Origin: Felis catus
Lineage: Eukaryota
Length of the DNA: 64,000 nucleotides
Direction: 5' to 3'
NCBI RefSeq assembly: GCF_018350175.1
Contig: NC_058368.1
Coordinates: forward strand, 111,292,001-111,356,000
Of the stretch, positions 49,492 to 62,609 are shown piece after piece. Numbering within the stretch: position 1 is the first letter of the stretch; each line of letters starts with the position of its first letter. A program made the position numbers and the translations under genes. The notes under the pieces are model-generated. The model was given only the letters and a program-made list of their open reading frames with translations, did not search any database and was not told where the DNA came from.

Positions 49492-50001
49492 GTGGGTACA
49501 GCCTTTAAGAAACCCTCAGTTCCCTGGATGTTCAGGATGTGATTCTTGTGGGATCATTGTGATGTAGGAAGGTAATTTCTAAAATTAAATAGGATACAAC
49601 TGCAGCCATTAATATTTTATATGGTGCACTTGAATATGCTTTTCTGTGGAACTGCATGTTTAAAATCCTCTTACAAAATGCCCTTTTTAGTTCGTCCCAC
49701 CAGAAGAGGTGGGCTTGTTAATAGAAATGTCACATCTTGTTTTTTTAGTTAATAGGGTGTGAGATCAAGAGGCAGAGAGAACCAGGTGATTGCCCACATT
49801 TACAAGCCCCCTCTCTGAAAGTTACAGATTTGTTTTTGGTCTTACTGGTTTATCAATTAAAATCAATATTTTCCTGCCCGGTCCTAAAATACAGCAAGAT
49901 ATTGTCATTTCACCATCTGCCACAAATAAAATGAGTATTTTTGTTCACAAGATGTATTTGCAGTTTTACTCCATTAACTTGGTGCGATTTGCTGTTTGCA
50001 G

Positions 50002-50164
50002 ATTGTGATTGAAGAAGAAAAGAAGTTCTTGAAGTTACTTGAGCTTCTCGGCCATTATCAAGAATCGGGATCTGTCATTATATTTGTGGATAAGCAAGAA
50101 CATGCAGATGGTCTTCTGAAAGATTTAATGAGAGCATCTTATCCTTGCATGTCTCTTCATGGAG
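50002..50164 (+). CDS. DDX46: DDX46 exon 15 (last exon visible; gene continues beyond the window)
   Basis: ttgcag|; [57 protein letters not shown]|gtaatg; 163 nt; no further helicase exon (ARGLD/HRAGR motifs) seen up to 64000. Confidence 0.96.
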
Positions 50165-50599
50165 GTAATGTTTACTGAAGTATCTGTTGAGTATTTAATT
50201 TGACCAAGCACTGCAGTGTACTGTGTACTGTGTGTTTACTGTGTACTGAGTTTAGAACCAGAGTTTGTATCTTCTATCTCCTCTTTTATTCAGAACTCTG
50301 GGGGCTAATAAGCATTATTATTATTCCATCTTTGAGGTAAAGAAAATAAGACAAGAAGTACATTGGTTTGACCAAACTTTATAGCCATTAATCAGCTAAG
50401 GAGAAATAGAACTTAAAATTCTCTGTTTTGTGTTGTATTCTTTCCATTGTGCCATGCAACCTGGAGGTTTTCATGATTCACATTAGAGCTTTAATTGAAA
50501 GTAACCTTTTATTTTCTGTGTGATGTCTCCATTGTTGTATATATGTAAGACTTAGAACCCTGAACATGTGCAACAGAGACAGTTTGAATTACCCTCATT

Positions 50600-51128
50600 A
50601 AGGATGTGTTCTGGCAGTCTGTGACTTTGTAATGAACCACCCCAAAATGTAGTGGCAGCTATCATCTATTTTCTTTATAAATCTTTGCTTTAGCTAGAGC
50701 TCAGCACTTAACCTAGTTTCTGTTTCATGCTGTATCTGCTGGCATGGCTTAATTGGGACTGGGGATCCATTTCCATATTTGCCTTACTTAATGTGGCTGG
50801 GAAGTTGGTACTGGCTCTTGACCAAGCTCAGTCAGGTTATTGGCCAGGGATCCTGGCCCTTCCCTTTGTGGATCTCTCTGTGGGACTACTTGGCGAGAAG
50901 GCAAGTTAAGGCTACTTGTCAGGCCAGTTACGGATGATACTGGGAATTGGCAGAACTTTCATTTCCATCATATTCTGTAGGTCAAAATAGTCCCATGACT
51001 GGCCCAGATTCAAGGGGATCGAGGTATAGACTCCACTTCTTGATAGGAGGGTCATTCCCTATGCAGAAGAGCATGTAGAATAAGCCATGCTTTTGCTGTC
51101 ATCTTTGGAATATGCAGTCTGTGACACC
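50600..51128. mobile_element. MaLR (MLT1-like) solo LTR relic
   Basis: aaccaccccaaaatgtagtggc ... ggcccagattcaagggga..atagactccacttcttgataggagg..catctttggaa, typical MLT1 wording (from recall). Confidence 0.6.
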
Positions 51129-51419
51129 AAGTTTCATTGTGGATGCAATTAAAAGGGCTCTAAGGGTATGTATTTGGTTAACTTTTAATGTTTTGGTTTT
51201 TGTTTTGTTTTTTTAAGTTTGTTTATTTGTTTTGAGAGAGAGAGAGAGAACCAGTGAGTGAGGGGCAAAGAGAGGTGGACAGAGGATCCATCAGTGCTGA
51301 CAGCAGAGAGACCAACATGGGGCTCTAACTCACAAACCATGAGATCATGACCTGAGCTGAAGTTGGACGCTTAACCAGATGAGCCACCCAGGCTCTCCTA
51401 ATGCTTGAAAATCACTCAT

Positions 51420-54400
51420 GTTTTCCCCTTTGTTTTGTTAATTGGGATGAAATATATATTACATAAAATTTACCATTTTAACTATTTTAAGTGTGTGATT
51501 CAGTGGTGTTAAGTACATTAACAGTGCTGTGTAACAACACCGTTATCTATTTCCAGAAGTTTTTCATTGTTCCAAACAGAAACTCTACCTGTTAAATAAT
51601 AACTTCATCCCCATCCCCACCTTCTGGCCCCTGGGAACATGTATTCTACTTTTTGTACCTATGAATTTGCCTGTTTTAGGTACTTCACATGAGTGGAATC
51701 ATACAGTGTTTGTATTTCTGTGCCTGGTTTATTTCAGTTAGCATAATTGTTATTGAGGCTTATCCGTGTTTTATCATGTGTCAGAATTTCCTCTTTTTTA
51801 AAGTATTTTAATTCCAGTGTAGGTAACATAAAGTGCTGTATTAGTTTCAGGTGTACACTGAACACCTGATTTAACATTTCCATACGTTAGTGCTCATCCC
51901 AAGTGTGTTCTTTAATCCCTGTCCCCTGTTCTACCCACCCACCTCCCCTCTGGTAACTGTTTGCTCTCTATAGCTAAAAGTGTGGTTCTTGGTTTGCCTA
52001 TCTTTTTTTTCCCCCTTTGTTCATTTGTTTTGTTTCTTGAATTCCACTTATGAGTGAAGTCGTGTGGTATTTGTCTTTCTCTGACTTCCTTCACTTAGCA
52101 TTATGTTTTCTGGCTCCATCCATGTTGTTGCAAACAGCGAGATTTCATTCTTTATGATGGCCAAATCATATTCCTGTGTGTGTGTGTGTGGGTGTGTGTG
52201 GGTGTGTGTGGGTGTGTGTGGGTGTGTGTGTGTGTGTGTGTGTGTGTGACGTCTTCTTTATCCATTCATCTGTCCATGGGTACTTGGGCTGCTTCCATAA
52301 TTTGGCTAATTTAAATAATGCTGCGGTAAACATAGGGGTTCATATGTCCTTGTGTCCTTTTTTTTGAGTAAGTTTTTTTGTATTCTTTTGATAAGTACCC
52401 AGTAGTGGGATTACTGGATCATAGGGTAGTTCCGTTTTATTTATTTGTTTGTTTATTTATTTTTGAGAGAGAGAGAGAGAGAGAGAGCGAAAGCACGTGA
52501 GTGGGGAAGAGGGTGAATCTCAAACAGGCTTTAGGTTCAGCATGGAGCCTAATGTGGGGCTTGATTCCATGGGATCATTACCTGAGCCAAAATCAAGAGT
52601 CACATGCTCAACTGACTCAGCCGCCCAGAAGTCCCTGGATAGTTCTATTTTTAATTTTTTGTGGAGCCTCCATACTCTTTTCCATGGTGGCTGCACTAGT
52701 TTGCATTCCCACCAACAGTGGGTACAAGGTCTTTTTGCTCCACATCCTTGCCAACAGTCGTCTCTTGTGTTGTTGATTTTAGCCATTCTGACAGGTGTGA
52801 GGTGATATCTCGTTGTTTTGATTTGCATTTTCCTGATGATTAGTGATGTTGAACATCTTTTCATGTGTGTTGACCATCAGGATGTCTTCTTTGGAGAAAT
52901 GTCTGTTCACATCTTCTGCCCAGTTTTTAATTGGATTATTTTTTTTTTGGGTGTTGAGTTTTATAAGGTGTTTATATATTTTGGATACTACCCCTTTGTC
53001 AGATATGTCATTTGCAAATATGTTCTCCCATTCAGTAGGTTGTCCTTTAGTTTTGTTGATTATTTCCTTTGCTGTGCAGAAGCTTTTTTTTTTTTAAGGA
53101 TAAATGAACATTTATTTATTTATATTGATTTATTTTTATTTTTTGTAATTTACATCCAGGTTAGTTAGCATCTGGTGCAACAATGATTTCAGGAATAGAT
53201 TTCTTTTCTTTTCTTTTTTTTTATTTTTCTTTTTTATTTTTTTTTTCAACGTTTATTTATTTTTGGGACAGAGAGAGACAGAGCATGAACGGGGGAGGGG
53301 CAGAGAGAGAGGGAGACACAGAATCTGAAACAGGCTCCAGGCTCTGAGCCATCAGCCCAGAGCCTGACGCGGGGCTCGAACTCACGGACCGCGAGATCGT
53401 GACCTGGCTGAAGTCGGACGCTTAACCGACTGCGCCACCCAGGCGCCCCATCAGGAATAGATTTCTTAAGCCCCTTACCCATTTAGCCCATCCTCCCTCC
53501 CACAACCCCTCCAGCAACCCTCTGTTTGTTCTCTGTATTTAAGAGTCTCTTACGTTTTTTACCCCTCCCTGTGTTTATATTATTTTTGAGAAGCTTTCTA
53601 TTCTGATGTAGTCCCGGTAGTTTATTTTTGTTTGTTTTGCTTTTTTCTTTGTTTTTTGTTTTTTAAGATTTTACTTTTAAGTAATTAGACCAAATGTGCA
53701 GCTTGAGCTCACAACCTTGAGGTCAAAAGTTGCACTTCCACCGATTGAGCCAGCCAGGCACCCCTGTTTTTCTTTGCCTCACGAGAGGCAAAGAACTGTC
53801 CTCTCTTCTAGGATTTTTATGGTTTCAGGTCTTACATTTAGGTTTTTAATTCATTTTGAATTTGTTTTTGTGTATGGTAAGAAGAATTTCCTTTTTAAAA
53901 AGCGAAATAGGGGCGCCTGGGTGGCTCAGTCGGTTAAGCGGCCGACTTCGGCTCAGGTCACGATCTCGCACTCTGTGAGTTCGAGCCCCGCGTCGGGCTC
54001 TGTGCTGACAGCTCAGAGCCTGGAGCCTGTTTCAGATTCTGTGTCTCCCTCTCTCTCTGACCCTCCCCCATTCATGCTCTGTCTCTCCCTGTCTCAAAAA
54101 TAAATAAATGTTAAAAAAAAAAAAATTTTTTTTAAAAAAAGCGAAATAATTTTTCATTGTATGTATATACCACATTTCCTTTATTCATTTACCTGTTGAT
54201 GGACATTTGGGTTGTTCCTACCTTTTGGCTCTTGTGAGTAATGCTACTTAACCACTGGTGTACAAGTATCTGTTTGAGTCCTGTTGGCCATATGGCCATA
54301 TGGCTATTTTTAACTTTTTATGGAACCTGCAAACTACTTTTTGTAAAAATTGCACCATTTTGGAATTCCAGCAGTGCATTAGGGTTTCAGTTTATCCACA

Positions 54401-55110
54401 GCCTGGCCAGCACTTGTCTCCTATTTTTTTTTTGTAAGAGCTATGCTAGTAGATGTGAAGTGACATTGTGGTTTTGATTTGCATTTCCCTAATGACTGAG
54501 ATTAAACATCTTTTTATGTGCTTATTGGGTATTTGTATATCTGTTTTTGAAGAATTGTCTATTTTAGGCTTCTGCCCATTTTTAATTAGGTCATTTGCAT
54601 CTTTTTTTCATTGCTGAGTTGTAGGATTTCTTTATATATTCTTGATAGCAATCCCTTATCAGATGTACAGTTTACATATATTTTCTCCCATTCTTTGGGT
54701 TGTCCTTTCACCCTCTTGGTAGTGTTTTTTGATGCGCAGACGTTTTAAATTTTGAAGTCCATTTTATTTTTTCTTTTTTTGCCTTTTCTTTGGCTGTTAA
54801 TTCAAGAAACCATTGCCAAGTCCAAGGTTATGAAAATTTTCCCTCTTGTTTCCTCAGAGTTCTAAAATTATAGCTTTTACGTTTAGGTAATTCATTTTGA
54901 GGTGATTTTTATATATGATGCAAGATATGGATCCAGCTGCATTCTTTTGCATGTGGTTTTTCAGTTTCCCTGACCCATGTGGTAAAAAGACTGTCCTTTT
55001 CCCATTGAAGAGTCTTGGCACCTTTGTCAAAATCTATTGACCATTTATTTATCTGAGGGTTTCTGAGCTCTTTATTTAATTTCATTGATCTGTATGTTTA
55101 TCTTATGCCA
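51420..55110 (-). mobile_element. Nested antisense L1 stack: old L1M host, carnivore L1 ~51800-53882, short young L1 3' UTR ~53087-53588, and SINEs
   Basis: L1 ORF2p pieces ([39 protein letters not shown]) and TSDs listed under findings. Confidence 0.88.
52175..52248. repeat. Interrupted (GT)n microsatellite with four 10-bp GGTGTGTGTG units
   Basis: Read directly; lies inside an L1 fragment. Confidence 0.95.
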
Positions 55111-56469
55111 AACTTTTTTTTTTTTTTTTTTTTTTAAGTAAACTCTATCCCCAGCGTTGGGCTTGAACTCATGACCCAGAGATCAAGAGTTGAATGCTCT
55201 ACTAACTGAGCCAGCCAGGCACCCCTTTATCTTTTTTTTTTCCCAACTTTTTTTTTAATTCTGAGAGAGAAAAAGCATGAGTGGGGGAGGGGCAAAGAGC
55301 TAGAGAGGGAGAATCCAATTCCAACAAGGTCCACACTGTCAGTGCAGAGCCTGACTCAGGGCTTCACCCTCTCGATCCATGGCACTTAACTGACTTGAGC
55401 CACCCAGGTGCCCCAACATTTCTTTTTTTAGTAGACTGTTTTTTAGAGCAGTTTTAGATACACAGCAAGACAGCAGAAATTACCAAGTTCCCGTATATCC
55501 CTTGCCCCCAAGTACAACCTCCTCCCCTATCAATATTCCATACCATAGAGGTACATTTGTTACAGTCATTGAACCTGTATTGACATATCATTGTCACCCA
55601 GAGTCCCTGGTTTACATTAGGGTTCGCTCTTGGTGTTATACGGTCTATGGATTTGGACAAATTTATAAAGACATATTCACCAGTATAGTACCATACTATA
55701 TCAGTCATAGAAAATACTACCGTAAGAATCCTGTTTGCCTATTCATCCCTCCCTCCCCCATCCCTATACTGCCGCTTATCTTTTTTTTTTTTTTTTTTTT
55801 TTTAAGTAGGCTCCCCCAAGATGCAGGGCTTGAACTCCCTGCCCTGAGATCAAGACCTGAAACGAGATCAAGAATCAAACACTTAAGCCACTAAGCCACC
55901 CAAGATGCCCCAGCCACTAATCTTTTTACTCTCTCTACATTTTTACCTTTCTAGCATGTCCATGTCTACTTTTAATCATTAGGATAAACAGGCAATAATG
56001 ACTTATCATAGACGTTTTATTTTGGCCCTGTTAGTGTAATCATTCCTGAAAATGTTTTGGTTGCCATTAGCTACAAAGTTTCTAGTGTAGAACTTTAGTT
56101 TTTCTCCACATTTGAAACATGGGACTCAGCTTTCTTTCTTTCCCTAGATGATTTCTTTTCTCTCCTGTTTGTTGTTTTGTACTTTTAAGTTAAATTAAAA
56201 TGTTTTTAATGTTTATTTTGAGAGTGAGTAGCGATTGGGGGAGGGGCAGAGAGAGAAGGACAAAGAGAATCCTAAGCAGGCTCTGGGTTGTCTGCACAGA
56301 GCTTGTCGTACAGCTCCACCTCATGAACTGTGAGATCATGACCTGAGCTGAAATGGAGTCAGACCAACTAACTAAGCCACCCAGGTGTCCCAGTACTTTC
56401 TAATTTTAAATATTTTGATTAAAACAGGTGTGTCCATGTAAAATCTTGTGTCTCAAAGCAAATAAACAA

Positions 56470-56683
56470 GAGGCGCCTGGGTGGCACAGTCGGTTAAACG
56501 TTCGACTTCAGCCAGGTCGCGATCTCGCGGTCCGTGAGTTCAAGCCCCGCGTCGGGCTCTGGGCTGATGGCTCAGAGCCTGGAGCCTGTTTCCGATTCTG
56601 TGTCTCCCTCTCTCTCTCCCCCTCCCCTGTTCATGCTCTGTCTCTCTCTGTCCCAAAAATAAATAAAAAACATTGAAAAAAAA
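56470..56683 (+). mobile_element. Young felid CAN-SINE with 15-bp TSD
   Basis: TSD aaagcaaataaacaa at 56455-56469 and 56684-56698. Confidence 0.93.
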
Positions 56684-58214
56684 AAAGCAAATAAACAAAA
56701 TTTATTGTGAATGTAAGATTTATTTATTAGCTTAGACATTTTTTAAGTAATTTTGTAGTAGAGCAATGTGCTGAATTTCTTTTAACCTTTTTTTTTTTAA
56801 TGTTTATTTTTGAGAGGCAGAGTGTGAGCGCAGGAGGAGCAGAGAGAGAGGGAGACACAGAATGCAAAGTAGACTCCAGGCTCTGAGCTGTCAGCACAGA
56901 GCCCAGTGTAGGGCTTAAACCCATGAACTGTGACATCATGACCTGAGCCAAAGTCGGACACTTAACCAACTGAGCTACCCTGGCTCCTCCAGTGTGGTAA
57001 ATTTCTGAAGGAAAACTAGGGAGAAGTTTTGATTATGAGTCTTGTTGTTAAGCTCTTTTAATGTGTAACTGAATAAAAGCCAATTTGCTATATAAGTATA
57101 AAAATGTAGAAATTATTTAGGGCTTTTTAAGAATTAAAAGGTGTAATCATAAAATTCCTAATGTGCATATGAAATTAATGTACATTTTATACCTAACACA
57201 TAGTGTAATGATATAGTGAGAAGGATGCTTGGAGATGCCCCACATGCTGTGTCTTCTATAGAGCCACCTGTAGTTCTTCGTGTCTTCAGGTCTAGAAGGG
57301 GAAGAGCAAAGGCTGGAAGTAAGAGAGTGGATTATATGTTCTGCCCACTCCTGGTCTTAACCTGAAACAATTTTCTCAGTACAGCAATCAAAACATTCTA
57401 CTGTGGCTTAACTTTTTTGTTAGATGTTTGTCAGCATTATTATGAACATAATAAATGGAGAACATGTTCTTAGTACTCCTTTTTGACCTATCACATAACC
57501 TGTAGTAACCTTAAAGTAGGTTACAAATGAAAGAAATATGAAAATACTTTCATTGAACCGTGGCTGCAGTTTCTGGTTTGTCAGCCATCCATTTTTTAGC
57601 TTTTGCATTAACAATGAATAATTTAAAAATTTCTTAAAAACACAGTGCATCTTGGGTACCTGGGTAGCTCAGTTGGTTGGGCATTCAGCTCTTGATCTCA
57701 GCTGGAGTCATGATCTCATGGGTTCATGGGATTGAACCTTGTGAGCAAGTGTCTTTGAATTCTGTCCCTCTCTCACTGTGCCCCTCCCCCCACTTGCATG
57801 TGCTCATGCTCCCTCTCAAAATAAATAAGTTAAAAAAAAAACAATGCATCTAATAGGGTAAACAATGAAATTAGAAAGCAGCACACAGGTTTCTACTTAT
57901 GAGAAATTATGGTATATGAGAACATATACTTTTTTTTATAGGGCAGACTGTTTCGTTGAGGCCTTCAACTTGTACTATTAATATCAGTTACATTTTTCTT
58001 TTTTCTGCAAGTGACAAAAAACTAATCCAACTGCCTTAAATCATGAGACATTTTTATTATTTTATAAAAATGAAATCTAATGGTGAAGTGACTCCAGATT
58101 GTTTCATTTAGTGGCTCACTGTCACTATATTGTATTTTCTGTACTGCCATCCTGAGCATGTTAACTTAATTGTTTTTTTTTTAAGTTTATTTATTTATTT
58201 TGAGGTGGGGGAGG

Positions 58215-58263
<49 letters not shown>

Positions 58264-59660
58264 CCAAACAGACTCCATGCTGTCTGTGCAGAGCCTCATG
58301 CTGGGTGTGTTATCACCAACGGTGAGATTATGACCTGAGCCAAAATCAGGGGTTCAGTGCTTAACTGGCTGAGCCACCTAGGCACCCCAAGTTAGTTTTT
58401 AAAGTAGTTTTTTTTCATGGCACCAAAAAGCCTTCTGCAGTTTTAACCATCACTTTTTTTTTTTAATTAATTTATTTTTTAACGTTTATTTATTTTTGAG
58501 ACAGAGAGATACAGAGCATGAACAGGAGAGGGTCAGAGAGAGGGAGACACAGAATCCGAAACAGGCTCCAGGCTCTGAGCTGTCAGCACAGAGCCCGACA
58601 CAGGGCTTAAACTCACTGACCTCGAGATCATGACCTGAGCCAAAGTTAGCCGCTTAACCGACTTAGCCACCCAGGTGCCCCTAACCATCACTTTTGTATC
58701 AGACAAATTACAGAGGAAGAAGACTATTTCCCATATGTCTAGGTGCCTTTTTCCCCTCTTATTTTTATAACCACAATTTGTAAACACAGAAAAAATCTGA
58801 GAAAATCATATGGTGAAGAGCCTTGAACATCCAGTACTGGATTCTACAACTAACATTTTCTAACATTTTGTTGTATTTCTCTTTCACATCTTTAGCCATC
58901 TGTCTATTCTACCTACTCATCATATTTCTTAGTTTTTTGATATGTTTTAAAGAAAGTTGTAGCATCAGCATATTTCACTTCAATATGCAGATGGTTAACA
59001 CTAGTTCAAAAATTTTTTATTTTATTTTTTAGAATAACTATGTTTTTTAAGTAAACTCTGTCCCTATCGTCGGGCTCAAACTCAAGACCCCAAGATCAAG
59101 AATTGTATACCGAGCCAGTCAAGCGCCCCCCAAATTTATTTATTTATTTATTAAAAAAAAATTTTTTTTTAACGTTTATTTATTTTTGAGACGGAGACAG
59201 AGCGTGAATGGGGGAGCGGCAGAGAGAGAGGGAGACACAGAATCAGAAGCAGGCTCCATGCTCTGAGCCATCAGCCCAGAGCCTGACGTGGGGCTCGAAC
59301 TCATGGACCACGAGATCGTGACCTGGGCTGAAGTTGGACGTCTAACCGACTGAGCCACCCAGGCGCCCCGTCCCCCCAAATTAAAAAAAAAAAACACAAA
59401 CTATAGGTAAACTGTAGTAAAATGTACAGATCATAAGTGTGCCCTTTGATGAGTTTTGACAAATATATATAAGCTGTGAAACCCAAACCTCTATGCATAT
59501 ACAACCTCAGAACTCCCCCCCAGTTAATGCCTGTTCTCATCCCCACAGGCAACCACATTTTACATTTTTTTCCAACATATATTTGTTGTATTTTTAGAAT
59601 TTCAGATAAATGAAACCGTACTTTCTCAACATTTTTGTGTCAAGTTATCTTTTACTCGGC

Positions 59661-59920
59661 CTTTTTTTTTCTTTTTTTTAGCTTCAGAAAATGTTTTTTT
59701 AATAGTAGGAAAGCTCTCTTTATAGAGAGGGGACTTTCGAAAGTGAATGCCTGTGGACTATAGGCAAGGGCCTTTGTTTTATGAGGTTCTGGTCGCCGCC
59801 TCTTCCCTTCCCCCTTGTTCCTTCTCAGCTTCTACCCTTACTAGCTTGATAGCTCTAGGTGCTGGGTTGTCCATTCTTCATTGGCTTGGTTCCGTCATAT
59901 GGTGGGTGGTCCTTGGCCTC
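59661..59920 (-). mobile_element. Polyadenylated retroposed fragment with LTR U3-R-like layout, inserted in an old L1
   Basis: Minus strand order: CCAAT (59880-59884), CATAAAA (59777-59783), ATTAAA (59698-59703), A tail (59662-59679); flanks actcggc/attcggc. Confidence 0.55.
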
Positions 59921-61200
59921 ATTCGGCATGTTTTTGGGATTCTTCCACGTTGTTGCATTACCAGTAGTTCTTCCCTTATTGTTAATATTCTTTTGTATAA
60001 ATCTGTCCCCGTTCGTTCAGTTCATTTCTCTTGACACCTGGGCTGTTCCTTGTTTTTCTGCTGCTTCAGCCATCCCACAGGGAACAATATAATTGGGATA
60101 CAGAACAGTTCCATCATGCCCCAAAACTCCCTTGTCCTATACCTACAAAAGTAACTGAAAAGTTAACTCTCCTCCTGTTTATAACTCCCGTCAACCACTG
60201 ATGTGTTTTTATAAGAATATTTGTAAATATAGGTCATACATTATGCAGTTGACTCTTTTCACTCAACATAATGATTTTCAGATCCACTGAAGTTGTTGCA
60301 CAATTCATCTCTTTTTATTGCCCAAAGATATTTATTGTATGGATGTACCACGGTTTGTGTATCTTCATCTGTTGAAGGATGTTTGGGTTGTTTCCAGTTT
60401 TAGACAAAAATGAATAGAGCTGCTATTAAGTGCTTGAATACAGGTTGTATGTGAAAATTTTTCTAGAATAGATAACCAGGAATGGGATTGCTGGGTCATA
60501 TGGTTAGTGTATCAGTATGGTTTTCTTTGTGTTTATTGTACTCATGGTTCACTGAACTTGTAGAATCTGTAAATTTATGTTTTTCAGATGTAATTTGGGA
60601 CAAATTTGGGAAATTCTTGACCTTTGTATCTTAATTTTTTTTTTTTCCAGAGCTATTTTTCTTCTCTCTTTGGGATTGCAATTATGTGTATGTTCAGCCC
60701 TTTAGTACCATTTCCCATGTCTTTGATCCTTTGTTCAGTTTTGTTTTTCAACCTTTTTTTCTCCTCTATAAATTAATACTGGGTCATTTCTTTAACTGTC
60801 TTCAAGTTCACGGATTTCTTTTTGCCCTCTTTTATTTGCTGTTAAGTCTATCCAGTGAATTTTTAATTCAGATTTTTCTTTTTTTAGTTCTAGAATTTCT
60901 AGTTGGCTCTCTCTTATATTTTCTTCTTGTTTCTCTCATAAGATTTCCTGCCATTCATTATGAGCATTTAAAAATTTTTCCTTGATCACAGTTACAGCAG
61001 TTGCTTTAAAAATCTTGGACTATTAGGGCATCTGGGTGGCTCAGTAGGTTGGGCTTCTGACTGTTAGTTTCAGCTCAGGTTGTGATCTCACACTTTGTAG
61101 GATCAGGCCCTATGTCGGGCTCTGCGCTGACAGCACAGAGCATGCTTGGATTCTCTTTCTCCCTCTTTGCCTTTCTCCCACGGGTGCATGTGTATGCTTG

Positions 61201-61232
<32 letters not shown>

Positions 61233-61745
61233 AATAAATAAATAAATAAAAATCTTTGACTATTAATCATAACATCTTGGTCACCTTGTCAGTTTCTGTT
61301 GATTATCTTTTTATTTTGTTTTATATATTTCTATATTTTTATCTAATAATTTTGATTTGTATACTGCCCTTTATGAATAATCCATTGTAGGGTCTGAATT
61401 CTCATATTTTCCTTAAGACTTTTGTTTTAATAAGACATTAACTTGGTTGGACCCTTATTTTAAACTCAGTCCTTTTAATGGGCAACATCTGAAATCTGTT
61501 AATTTCTTTTATTTTTTTAGTAAAAATAATTTTAACATTCATTTTTGAGAGACTGAGAGAAACAGAGCGTGAGCGGGGGAAGGGGCAAAGAGAGAGGGAG
61601 ACACAGAATCTGAAGCAGGCTTCAGGCTCTGAGCTGTCAGCACAGAGCCTGACGAGGGGCTCAAACTCTGGGACCAGGACTTCATGACCTGAGCTGAAGT
61701 CAGATGCTTAACCAGCTGAGCCACCCAGGCACCCCTGTGTTAATT

Positions 61746-61747
<2 letters not shown>

Positions 61748-61793
<46 letters not shown>

Positions 61794-62000
61794 CCAACGT
61801 TTATTTATTTTTTTGGGGACAGAGAGAGACAGAGCATGAACGGGGGAGGGGCAGAGAGAGAGGGAGACACAGAATCGGAAACAGGCTCCAGGCTCTGAGC
61901 CATCAGCCCAGAGCCCGACGCGGGGCTCGAACTCACGGACCGCGAGATCGTGACCTGGCTGAGGTCGGCCGCCCAACCGACTGCGCCACCCAGGCGCCCC
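61748..62000 (-). mobile_element. Very young antisense CAN-SINE with 46-nt pure poly(A) tail
   Basis: T46 at 61748-61793; CpG-rich body; TSD gtgttaatttcttt on both sides. Confidence 0.95.
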
Positions 62001-62609
62001 AGTGTTAATTTCTTTTAGCCATACCTAGGTTGCTTGGATTCTGTCCCATGCATGCATGGTTTAGGGTCCACATGTTTGTGCTTGCCTACTCTGTTTCATC
62101 TTCTGTTTTCTGGTCCTCAGCTAGTATATTATTCCAAATGTCAAAAATTCCAGTTTCTATTCAAGTTTCACTTGTCCCCCGTGGCTTCCCAAGGCTTTTC
62201 CCCAAACAGAAAGTTTAAAGTAAATAAATTGAATCCTGTAATTGCAACTACTGCTAGTGTATTATTCCAAATGTCAAAAATTCCAGTTTCTGCTTGTTTT
62301 TAGTCATACTCTTGTGCCTTCAGGTAGGTTTTTTGTGTTTTTTTTTTTTTCTCCCAATATTTTGCCCAGAGTTTATAGTTGCTGTCTGCAAGAGGGTTGG
62401 TCCAATAAGAGCTTTTCCTACATTGAGGGATATGTGTGTTTTTTATATAAGTAATAAGGATATTCCCCCCACCCCCACCCCCCCATAATCCCTTGTCTGT
62501 ACTTCTCTTATCTCTTTGGTAAAAATTGCATCACATGCTTATGCCTAAATCATTTGTAAGCAAGCAGAATGACTAATGATTCCTAAAGTTTTGCCCTGGC
62601 ACCCTTGAG

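Noticed and set aside
62120..62291. CRISPR-like repeat-spacer-repeat
   Set aside because: Only two copies, a 94-bp spacer, a mammalian intron context and no cas genes
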